DNA of 63,739 bases from Gekko japonicus (lineage: Eukaryota). How positions within the stretch are numbered: position 1 is the stretch's first letter; every line of letters starts with the position of its first letter. Below, piece after piece: positions 24,310 through 35,265 of the stretch. The DNA lies in the NCBI RefSeq assembly GCF_001447785.1, contig NW_015168098.1, positions 62,001 through 125,739 of the forward strand. Direction: 5' to 3'. The position numbers and the translations under genes were made by a program. The notes beneath the pieces are model-generated. The model ran no database searches, was not told where the DNA came from, and saw only the letters and a list, made by a program, of their open reading frames with translations.

Positions 24310-25173
24310 CTGCCAAGGCCAGAGATCTTGACGTTCCTTTATTTTACCATTGATCATTGCCCTGTGACTGGATCTGGATGAGTATAGGACATGAATAGCC
24401 TGCACTATGGCATAGACTGCATTGTAAATGCTGTAGCTGTGACCAGTCATGCTCATTTCAAAAACAGGCCAAGAAAGGCTCTTCAGCCTCTCCTCCCCAG
24501 TACAGGTTTCACTGGTGTCCCTTGTCTCCTGGGGATTTGGATAGAAACAGTCAAATGCTTGCTCCCAGAATTCCTTTAGAAAACTGTTTCCTTGCTGCTG
24601 ATAAGGCTTTATGTCTTGAAGAAAGTTCTGGAAGCCAAGAGGCTCATCTGAATGAATTGTGAAGGAAATGGTCCCATGGAAGAACTGGAAATCCCAGGCC
24701 CTCTGAAGGCCAGTTAGTGCAAAATCAACTTGGGCTGTCATAATCCAAACTTTTCTCAGTGATGCATTTTCTTTATAATTGGGATTACAAAAAAATATAA
24801 TAATATAAAGTGTTATAAGGACCATTGAATCTCCATAGACGATACAGGCATTGGCTTTGCTCTCTGCAAGAGGTAAATAAATTTCTAAAAATCTATCAGA
24901 AGCGTAATACAAGTCTTCCCAATTGTGTTTGTTTGGAATGTTTTGCATGAAAGCCAAACAGATTCCATTTTGGGAAAGCAGGGGCTCCAGCACCTTCAAG
25001 AAATGTTCTCCGCTGTCATCATCCACAGCAAAAAGGCCAACCCACGTCCACTGGAAATGGAGAAGCAAGCGTATGATCCCGATATTCTGATGGGCTTCAT
25101 TTGGAACCATGCTGTAAAAGGAAGGGATTTTTTTTTCATCTCTTACCTCTGGGGCAAATGATCCGTATGTCAG
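24310..25173 (-). CDS. V2R-B exon 3
   Basis: [18 protein letters not shown]; 864 bp. Confidence 0.92.
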
Positions 25174-25304
25174 CTGAAAGAAAATGTACAGATCTTTTAA
25201 AGAGACTTTAGGAGGACCGTTTGAGTGCAAGTGACTAATGGTCAAAAGGGTATTTAGTGAAGGAAATTGTAGATCTGGCAAGAGAAAGCCAGATGCTTGT
25301 TCTG

Positions 25305-25587
25305 GGCTGATTTTGCACTAGAGCTGACTCGATGTTGCGCCGCCGTTTGCCCCAATACTATTGGTCAATTTCACACTCGAAGCCGCAGGGCTGCATTTGA
25401 CCCGCGGCTTCGCCCGATTTCCTCTGCAGTTTCGTGATCCTCAAAAAACAGTATCATGAAACTGCGGGGGAAATCGGGCGAAGCCGCGAGTCAAAATGCA
25501 GCCCCGCAGCTTCTGGTGTGAAATGGACCAATAGTATCAGGGCAAACAGCGGTGCAACATCAAGGCAGCTCTAGTGCGAAATCAGCC
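25305..25587. mobile_element. Fully palindromic Harbinger-type MITE (about 135-bp arms)
   Basis: ggctgattttgcactagagctg ... cagctctagtgcgaaatcagcc; TSD CTG; arms complementary up to a central loop near 25440-25450. Confidence 0.85.
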
Positions 25588-25630
25588 CTGGTTAAAATAT
25601 CTCAGATTGTGGGGCTAATGCGCAATTTCT

Positions 25631-25909
25631 AGAAGAAGAAAAGATTGGATTTATACCCCGCCTTTTAGTACCCAACGGAGTCTCAGAGTGGCTTACAAAC
25701 TCCTTTCCCTTCCCCTCCCCACAACAGGCACACTGTGAGGTAGGTGGGGCTGAGAGAGCTCTGACATAAACTGCTCTCTTTCAAGGACAGCTGTGCCAGA
25801 GCTTGTGACTGACCCAAGGTCACTTCAGCAGGTGCAAGTGGAGGAGTGAGGAATCAAACCCGGTTCTCCCAGATCAGAGTCTGCGCACTTAACCACTACA
25901 CCAAACTGG
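25631..25909 (-). mobile_element. Squam3-like SINE
   Basis: Full copy, same consensus. Confidence 0.9.
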
Positions 25910-26106
25910 ATCTGTGAAATGATTCTGCTAAGAGCAACTTATCATTCCTTGTACTTACTATTACCCCTTGCCTATGTGTGGGGATTCTTTGACCTTTGTT
26001 CTCTGCATCATTCAAACGTCTTCCTTTTCTTACCTGCACAATAAATCCCCAAAAAAGAAACAGGGCAATTGGTTGGATTACTCCTTCTTCTCTGCACAGA
26101 ATTTAC

Positions 26107-26398
26107 CTGCGGAATCTTGTAGAGACTTAGGATGTCTGCCATGTGTAAAGAGACTTCAGAATTGAATCCCCCAATGACTGCCATCAAGTTTTTGTGGGCA
26201 TTGCATTCATAGTTGGGAACAGATCTATGCAATTTGCACAGCAGATCCAGCATGGCACGATAGGTTGTCCTCATATCATAGTAGCTGTCATAGATGTGGA
26301 AGCCAAGGGTGACGTTGGGCACGATCTTGGGATTCTTGTTGATCTCATTGATGGCAAACTCCAAAGCTAGGACATGCTGGTAGAACTTTGTTATCATA
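26107..26398 (-). CDS. V2R-B exon 2
   Basis: MITKFYQHVLALEFAINEINKNP..KIPQ; 292 bp. Confidence 0.9.
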
Positions 26399-27423
26399 CT
26401 GTAAAAAGAGGCACCGGCTGCAATCCTACAAACAGTTTCCAGGGAGTATGCCCTACTGCATCAAATTATTACCCCTGAGTAGACCTTGCCACAATAGTGG
26501 TCCATTCTGGGTCTGATTTAATTAACTCACCCTAAGGGTAAACTTACCTTTGTCACTAATGTGTTCAGAGCATCTAACATACTCCTTGTTCAGCGCAAAT
26601 TAAATTGATTGTGCACCTGAACTTCTCTGCAATTATTTTGACACATTTGCTGCATCCTACCATTCTTATTGCAGGATACACATGATTTACAGCACTTCCT
26701 AAAGTAAACGGCTATCCTTATTCCCTCCTACTTTAATTTGATTTTAAGCTATCATTTCTCAAGGCTCAGCAAGATCTCCAGAAGCTAAATGCAGAATAAA
26801 TACAACTTGTCTCCAGTGAAAATACATATAAATGCACATATATGCACACTAAAACATTATGCATTACACAGCCTGGGTAGTTCATGCACTGCACCTGCTG
26901 ACATATACTTCATACTCTTGATGACATATCCTAGGATAACTATGACCCCCATGACTGCATTAATCAAAAGAACAATCAGCCTTTTGGTGTTGAATTCAAC
27001 ATTACAGGTTATTGCAGAGTAAATAAAAATATAGTATAAAATGATGGAGTTTTGGAAAGAGATTCAGGCATAAATTATAAGAGGAGAAGGAGGAGAAGAC
27101 ATGAATGCCCCTATTTCCGAGTATGATCCTATGCAGACTTAATTCTAATTCCATTGAAATGAGAGGAGTTAGAATAGTGTAACTCTGGTTAGGACGGCAC
27201 TGCTAGCCCATACTAGATTGTATGGTGTTTCACTGTACCATTTAGTCCACTAAAATTTGAAAAGATCCCACTCTGAGAGAAGACAGAATGTGATTGAAAA
27301 GAAGGAGTGCTGGACTGTACCAAGCCTACATATTCTTGATGGAGTATCCCACCAACAGGAGAAACAAATGTTAGAATTTGTAACCTGGCCAGTGTCAGAA
27401 GGAGCAGGAAGAAAATTCTTTAC

Positions 27424-27639
27424 TATAGGCCACCAGGCAAATTTTCAGCAGGCGGTCCATCAAAGTATTTCCTGAAAAGGGTAACAGATCTGAGAAGAAA
27501 CTCCACCAATTACAAGATCTCCTGGCTGGTACCATTCATATGGAGTATGAAAGGAACCTTTCAAGGTGTCCTTCACAGTATGTGTTTTACATACTACGGA
27601 AGGCAGAAGAAGCAGCAGCATCACTGACACAAACAACAT
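27424..27639 (-). pseudogene. V2R-B exon 1 (frameshifted)
   Basis: [34 protein letters not shown], then GAA ATAC TTT GAT versus GAG CTG CAC TTT GAT in V2R-D. Confidence 0.8.
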
Positions 27640-27979
27640 CCTAGCCTCCTGTGCCAGCTGATATCCTCTCTCTGACTTCATCACTCTTCTGTGTTGAATT
27701 TTGTCTGAGTCTACCAGTAGACCTCCCAAAAGCATGTCCATTGAAAGGGCAGATATTGTGACCTGCCCATTTAGCTTAATAAAGAGTAGCAACTGCCTAT
27801 TCTGAGTCCCTTCTCCCAGCTCTAAATGAAAGGGATGGTGGTAATTATAACCGGTTTCAAACATCATTCAAATACAGTTTTAATGCACATTCCAAAAATC
27901 AAATGGATTTTAGTCACAGGAACAAATGATAGTGATTCAGATAATTACAGTGTTTCAGAAGGCAAAGAAGACAGCTGCC

Positions 27980-30362
27980 TTTCAGAAAGAATGAAGAAAT
28001 ATTTAAATGAAATAATAACGGAAGAGCAAGCCGGTTTTCTACCAAACAGACAAATTAGAGACAATTTAAGAATGGTGATTGACGCATTTGAGTACTATGA
28101 TAAGCATCCAGAGAAAGAAGTTGGTTTTTTGTTTGTTGATGCTGAAAAGGCCTTTGATAATTTAAATTGGGACTTTATGTTTCAAGTAATGGAAAAGATG
28201 GAGGTTGGACAATCCTTTACAAATTTAATAAAGGTGATATATACAGAGCAAAGAGTGGCATTGAATGTAAATAAAGATATGACAGAACAATTTAAGGTCC
28301 AAAAAGGGACAAGGCAAGGTTGCCCGTTATCTCCATTACTGTGTATCTGGATTTTAGAGGTGTTGTTGAAAAAAATAAGAGATGATAAGGATATAAAAGG
28401 ACTTACATTAAAAGGTTTTTCATATAAATACAGAGCTTTTGCGGACGATGTGATGTTTTTGGTTGAAGATCCAATCGATAATTTACCGTTGCTTATGGAT
28501 AAGATAAAAGAATTTGGAGACTTGGCTGGATTCTATATGAATAAAAATAAGACCAAAGTGTATGTAAAAATATGACGAAAAAGAGACAACAGGATTTGAA
28601 GAGGAAATACAGTGTGAAGTTGTTAAAAAGACTAAGTATCTAGGTATTGATTTGACAACGAAAAATATTGACCTTTTTAAGAATAACTATGAAAAGCTCT
28701 GGAATAAGATAGTACAAGACTTTAAAAAATGGGATACTATGAACTTATCATTGATGGGAAGAATATCGGTGGTAAAAATGAATGTTTTACCTGGTCTGAT
28801 GTTTTTGTTCCAAACTATTCCAATAGTAAAGGTCATTAAAGTGTTGAATTTATGGCAGAAGGAGTTGTCGAAATTTGTGGGCAGGAAGAAAACCAAGGAT
28901 TAAAATGAAGATTTTGTGTGATGCAAAGGAACGAGGAGGTTTTCAGTTACCTAACCTTAGACTATACCATGAGGCGGTATGTTTGACATGGTTGGAGCAG
29001 TGGGTTAATTTAGAAAATAAAATTGTTGGCGTTAGAGGGTCATGATTGCAAATTTGGTTGGCATGTTTATTTATGGTATGACAAATAAAGTTGGACAATC
29101 TTTTCAAACATCACATCATTATATATGAAGAACACTGTGCGAGACTTGGATGAGATATAAAAGGTTCTGTTTTGAGGACAGACCTTTATGGATTGTTCCA
29201 GCTGAAGTAATTAAACATTTTTCAAAACATAAAGGCGAAGATTGGTTACCTTACAGAGACATTCTGAATATAGAAGGGGGAAAGTGTGTGATAAAAGCTA
29301 GAGAAGAGTTAGACTTCGAATATGATTGGTTAAATTACAGACAAATATATGATTTGTTTACAACTGGCAAAAATGTTATGGCTTTAGAGAGAAAAATAAT
29401 GAAATAGAATGTGTGTGGGCGGAAAAAGGGGAAAAATGATTTCAAAGATATACAGAGTGTTGTTAAAATGGTATAGAGGATGAAACGGTAAAAGAGCAAA
29501 TGATAAAATGGGCTGTAAATATGAATAAAGAAATATCTATGTCATCTTGGGAATGTTTATGGAAAAAATCAATGAAAATCTCTACTTGTAATAATTTGAA
29601 GGAAAATTGTTATAAAATGATGTATAGATGGTATATGACGCCAAAAAAATAGCTAATATGAATGAGAATATGTCGAATAAGTGTTGGAAATGTAAAAAGC
29701 ATGAGGGCTCTTTTTACCATATGTGGTGGACTTGTGATAAAGCTGCAGATTTTTGGACAGAAGTTCATAGTGAAATGCAAATGATTCTGAAATCGACTTT
29801 TAAGAAAGAACCCGAAATATTACTTTTAGGGCTCAAGATGGAGGAGGTAAATGTGACTAAAAGAACATTGTTGTGGTATTTGATTACTACTGCAAGAAAG
29901 ACATATGCACAAGCCTGGAAACAAGATAGGGTACCAGAGATTTGGGAATGGATAAAGAAAATGCTTTTTATGGCTGAAATGGATAAACTGACAAGGAAAC
30001 TTAATAATAAAGAGGATCAAGAATTTATGGAAGAATGGATTGACTTTAAAGAATATATTGAAAACAACTGGGATGTAAAAAATAACTTACTTTGCTTTGA
30101 CAATTATTAAGAACAGTATGTAATAGAATGAAATAATGGTATAATGTTATAATGTTACCTGTTAAGAATTTAGTAAGAGGGGTTGTAGAAGATGGTGAAC
30201 TAAGAATTGATATGTACAAGGGGGTGGGAGCACTGCGGGAGGCCGAGAAGGGGGGGTAGAAGAAAGTAGAAAAGGGTATATGTTGAAAAGAAGAAATGTA
30301 TTTTTGAACGTGTTGATATATCCGATTAATAAAAGTGTTTAAAAGAAAATTTATATAAAAAA
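27980..30362 (+). mobile_element. 5'-truncated L1-clade LINE (ORF2 RT plus C-terminal Cys-rich domain), frameshifted
   Basis: QAGF, VDAEKAFD, GTRQGCPLSP, FADD, CWKCKKHEGSFYHMWWTC; AATAAA and A-tail; TSD aagacagctgcc at 27968-27979 and 30363-30374. Confidence 0.95.
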
Positions 30363-31189
30363 AAGACAGCTGCCAAGTTTAGCCTTTGAGTGGCATCCTT
30401 GGTAGCAACATTTTTTTTAAGTGGAACTCCTTGTGTCCTCGGTCATCTTGTCAGACAACAAGCAGCAGCTGAACTCTGTTGGGGAAAATAGTCAAAAATA
30501 CTTACATAATCAAAGTTTGCAATGGATCTTTGCTTCACTGGAGAGGGAACATTTCTTTCTGTTTAAAAATCTTTATTTCTAAGGGTAAAAGGTACACTGG
30601 AAACCTACAAAATAACAAACATACCTAGAGCTACGTTGTCACATCTTACAGCTACAAAGCATGGTCACACAACAATGGCAATAATGGAGAATCCTCATTC
30701 TTCTTGATCCCTAGAAGAAATCACCTGAGTACATTAACCAATCAATACCATTTACTTTTGTGGGCTTTGCTTGCATTGGCTGTCTGCCAGGTTTCCTTCC
30801 AGGTCAGTCTAAACAATGGTATAGAAGGTAAACAAAGTTAACCCTGTAATGACTGGAATCTGAGACCTTGCAACTCATATATTTCCAACAAACTCTACGC
30901 TAAAGCCATCTGCTTCATAGAGACTCCATTCAGTGCCCAAGTTATGGGAAGTACAATCCTAAACATGTTTACTCAGACATATTCAAATGAATTTGGTGGG
31001 TTAGATCCAGCTAGGAATTACATTCAGGTGTGCTCAATTGCTCTCCCCACTACACCCCCATCCCATTTAGATTTTGTCTGCACAGGATCCATAGCATTTG
31101 GGGGTGGTTGGATGGGACCCCTCTTTCCATTTCCCCTAGCAGAATAGTGATGCGCCATCATATGATCTACTCACTAGGTCCTAAAGGGA

Positions 31190-31591
31190 AACCAAACAGG
31201 CCTTCAGGAAGCCTGGAATTTCCAATTCTTTCACAAAACCATTTCCTTCAAAATTGACCCCAGTGAACTTACTGGCTTCCAGAACTTTCAAGACATAAAA
31301 CCTTACAAGAACCAAATAAACTGTTTTTCAAGGAATTCTGGGAACAAGCATCTGACTGTTTCCATCCAAATCCCCAGGAGCCAATGAGAGTTAATGAAAC
31401 TAGTACTCATAAGGAGAAGCTGAATAACCTTTCTGGTACTGTTTGTGAAATGTGCATGACTGGCCACAGTTATAACATCTATAATGCTGTTTATAGGACA
31501 TCCTTTGCTGGCCATATAGTCATCTAGAGTCAATTATATAATACTGAAAAGTGGCACAATATGACAAATCCATAATCTCCAGCCTTGTCAG
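31190..31591 (+). pseudogene. Orphan degraded V2R exon-3 relic (3' half)
   Basis: Recognisable EFWEQASDCFHPNPQEP and MTGHSYNIYNAVY segments with indels; ends at a cag|gtaatg donor. Confidence 0.78.
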
Positions 31592-31919
31592 GTAATGGGT
31601 TGGGTCTACTGCAAAATTTCCAATCGAGATAAAGTTCTTGCTCAAAGAGAAACACAAGAAAAGCTGCAGTAGCGACTTGCTATTTCTGGTAGCCCTTCTT
31701 GTGTTTCCACGTGTAGGATCTTGTGCAACAAATTTCTGGACCCTATAATATCTTGGGAATGAAAGTGCTAAGTATTGCACAAGATCTTTTGCAAACAGAG
31801 GTACAGTTAAGTCCATCTATGTCTCTGCTCTCTGAGCTTTTTCTTGGATAGTTAGGTGGCAGTGGTGGCCAAAGTTGACTTTCACCAGCTTTTGGCACTG
31901 TGGTGCTTGTCTTGATACC

Positions 31920-32190
31920 ATTTACATTAGATTACTGCAAGATGCTCTATGTGGAGCTGACCATGAAGACTATGCAGAAGCTGTAGTTGGTACAGAATGT
32001 TGCAGCCAGAATGATGACTGGTCATAGGAGCCATATTGCTGTAGTCCTGTCCCATCTACACTGGTTTCCTATTTGCTTCCCCGGTCAGTTCAAGGTGCTA
32101 GTATTCACCTTTAAATCCCTGCATGTCCTGGAACCAGCATACCTCAAAAACTGCTTTCTCCCATACAAACCAACCCATTCACTCCACATA
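31920..32190 (+). mobile_element. Old L2-clade LINE fragment (others near 430-720, 52850-53050, 57450-57650)
   Basis: LDYC..LVQNVAAR..HLHWFPICF..FKVLVFTFK. Confidence 0.75.
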
Positions 32191-32392
32191 TCCTTGTGTG
32201 GATACAAATCCAACTCTCCTCCTTCACCTCCTCCTCCTTGGTGGTAAAAGCTGCCACCTACTTATCCAACAGTAAGCCTGGGTCTGAGAGCATGCCCAGC
32301 TTTGTCTTTTGATAAGTTCATATAGATCAGACGTTCCTAAACTTATTTGGCCTAAAAATTACTTGGGGCCCCCCTGGAAATCTACCTTCAAG

Positions 32393-32690
32393 GAGAAGAA
32401 GAGGAGGAGGAGGAGGAGGAGGAGGAGATTGGATTTATACCTCACCCTTCACTACCCAAAGGAGTCTCAGAGCGGTTTACAAGCTCCTTCCCCTCCCCCA
32501 CAACAGACACCCTGTGAGGCAGGTGGGGCTGAGAGAGCTCTGACAGAAACTGCTGTTTTTCAAGAACAGCTGTGCCAGAAGTATGGCTTGCCCAAGGTCA
32601 TCCAGCAAGGGGAAAGTGGAGGAGTGGGGAATCAACCCCGGTTCTCCCAGATTAGAGTCCGCACATTTAACCACTACACCAAATTGGCTC
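32393..32690 (-). mobile_element. Squam3-like SINE
   Basis: Full copy with (CCT)n tail. Confidence 0.9.
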
Positions 32691-32976
32691 CTTGAAGTGG
32701 ACAAAAGAAGTGGACAAAAAGATGCAGAGGCAAATTTGCACATAGTAAAGAAAGATGTTGTGAATAAGACACTTTGAAGGTCAAAATCATAAAAGTATTT
32801 TACAAAATCAACCATAGTAAAAACAAAGTGACATTTGTATACACACGGAAAATTAAGATATCGAAGGCCATGATTGACTGTGGGGACCCCTCTTCACCTC
32901 CACCTCCCTCCCTGATCCCAGGGAAGACCAAGAGAAGGCAGGAAAAGGCTGCTTTAAATAGGTCCTGGACTCCAGT

Positions 32977-33258
32977 GAGCCAGTTTGGTGTAGTGGTTAA
33001 GTGCGCGGACTCTAATCTGGGAGAACCAAGTTTGAGTCCTCACTCCTCCACTTGCACCTGCTGATGTGATCTTGGGTCAGTTGCAAGCTCTGGCACAGCT
33101 GTCCTTGAAAAAGAGCCATTTGTGTCAGAGTTATCTCAGCCTCACCCACCTCACAGGGTGTCTGTTGTGGGGAGGGGAAGGGAAAGGAGTTTGTAAGCCG
33201 CTCTGAGACTCCAAGTGAAGGGCGGCGTATAAATCCAATCTCTTTTCTTCTTCTTCTT
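32977..33258 (+). mobile_element. Squam3-like SINE
   Basis: Full copy, inverted relative to 32393-32690. Confidence 0.9.
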
Positions 33259-35050
33259 TCTTTATGATTCCATCGCCCCCTTATTTTTTTATTCAACACC
33301 CCCCCAATTGCACCTAAGGCTCCTACCGCCCACCTGGATCATTCCAGTGCCCCCCAGGGGGCAGTATTACTCACTTTGGGAACCAGTGATATAGATGAAC
33401 ATCTTTTGTCAAATCTTTAATAATGAAAAAGTGGGAGGATTCTGCTCAGGCAGTGAAGAGACGGGATTCTTGAATGTACTAGGAGATGTTATGAGCTAAC
33501 AGATTCTGAAGGTTTATTAATAGCATTAACTGGCTTCACAAAGAAAATATCTAAAATGAATTCTTGAAATGGATTATGCAGAGTCAGTTTCTGTTCTTTC
33601 CATTTATTAGCATCTTCCACACCACACACATTGCTGATATGCTTGAATGCATTGGTAAGACATTGGTGTGTGTGTGGAATGGCCTTAATGTTACTGTGTG
33701 TACTTTTTTCCCCTGTGGTGTTTTGCTGAGAATCACATGTACTCCAATGACTTGAAAAGAAAAGAACCTCAAAACCACTATTGCCTAAGGATATCAGAAA
33801 AGAAAGAAAGGAGAAGATGTAAGAAGCTACAGTTGAACATCATCCTGTGCAATCGTTTGGAAGTAAAAAATGGGGAGTTTGAACAGGATTGGCCCATTTT
33901 ATTTTTATTTTTTGGGAAATAGGACTACATAGTTCAGAACTCCAGAATCTATAGAAGGAATCTGGATGAAAAAGGATTTTGAAGCCCCTTTAATTTATCA
34001 GGGCAAGGGATTTTGAGAGTAATCCTAATGAGGCCTACTCAGAAGGGGCAAGGGATTTTGAGAGTAATCCTAATTAGGCCTACTCAGTCAATTCAATGAG
34101 GCTTACATCCAGTAAACTCTGTCAGGGTTGCACTGCTAATCTCTCATCTCTTTGATAAAAATAGATTTTGCCAATGGACTTTATTTTAAGTATGAGGTTT
34201 TAATAGAATGGTACAAAGGATCTAGAGTAAGCCAGATCCGACTCAGTGTGACTTACTTCTAACTTCGCGATATTGTGACGTAATTCGCACCTAGCCTTTC
34301 TTCCTTCTTTTTTCTTCTCGACAAAGTGAATTTGCACTTGAAAGATTCAGGGCATAATACATTCTCTGCCTTAACTCCCCCCACATCTGCTCTAAAAGGA
34401 GGATTCTCAGTTTGCTTTCTATATGCATGTGAGAAAGTGAGCGATGACTTACGGAAGTTCATATTGAAATGAATGCTGCTGTCTTTAAGGTGCCACTGGA
34501 CTTCTGTCGTATTTTACTTACAAGCAAACATTCTTAGAATCAATGCACATAAGCCAAACACTGAAACGTGTCAAAAGCGATGCAACCGATTTCATGTTAG
34601 TATTCATCTCCTGCCAGTGGTCCCAGTAAGCAGCAGAGAAGGCCACTTGTCAGATCTTTAAAATAATGTGTTTGCTACTAATGATGACATCCTCAGAGGC
34701 CACACTTGACAACTAGAATCTCTTCCCTCTAAGTTAATGTAGTCTGTAATTATCAAAATCATTGTGATTTGTTTCCATGACAGCTTATTTGGGAAGTCAG
34801 TCAATGTCAGAGTCAGAATAGGACTATAACCACGCTGGTACTGAGAGTTGTAAATAGAGTATTTGTGATATCAGTCGGAATTTATGGAAAGCATTTTGAA
34901 CTCTGCTGAAACTCTTCAAAAAGGCTGGTGAATTTTATTTTAGTGAACGCAACAGCAGACTCAGCTGCCCTCCAAGACATGTGGATTAAGTCAAGTTGGG
35001 GCTACGAATGTGCACAGGAGACTGTGCACAGAGATGATCATTGCTGCAGA

Positions 35051-35265
35051 ATGTTGTTGGGCATAGTACTGATGCTCCTTCTGTCTCCCACAGCATGCCA
35101 AGGAGCTATTCCTCATTCTCCCTTAAAGGATCCCTTCCCTGTTCCACATGAGTGGTACCAGCCGGGAGATCTTCTGATAGGTGGGATTTCATCACAGATC
35201 TTTTACCATTTTCAGGAGCTGCACTTTGATGAACATCCTACTGAGAAGTTGTTGGATGAGCCATA
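35051..35265 (+). CDS. V2R-D exon 1 (signal peptide, start of Venus flytrap)
   Basis: [17 protein letters not shown]...[17 protein letters not shown]; donor TA|GTAAG; 215 bp. Confidence 0.88.

Larger units (their letters stand above)
18004..27639 (-). pseudogene. V2R-B: six-exon V2R with a single 2-bp frameshift in exon 1 (probable young pseudogene)
   Basis: Exons 27424-27639 (216 bp, out of phase, TGA at 27460), 26107-26398, 24310-25173, 20871-21098, 20134-20260, 18004-18905. Exons 2-6 are fully open. Confidence 0.82.
32328..33388. mobile_element. hAT (Charlie-like) non-autonomous element containing two nested SINEs
   Basis: Ends cagacgttcctaaact / actttgggaaccagtg; perfect 8-bp TSD atatagat. 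Confidence 0.7.

Noticed and set aside
27826-28575. Host gene or chimeric 249-aa protein
   Set aside because: The N-terminal part is flanking DNA read by chance into a 5'-truncated L1 RT; the TSD defines the boundary at 27980.
32398-32428. Poly-Arg protein segment
   Set aside because: Translation of a (GAG)n SINE tail.
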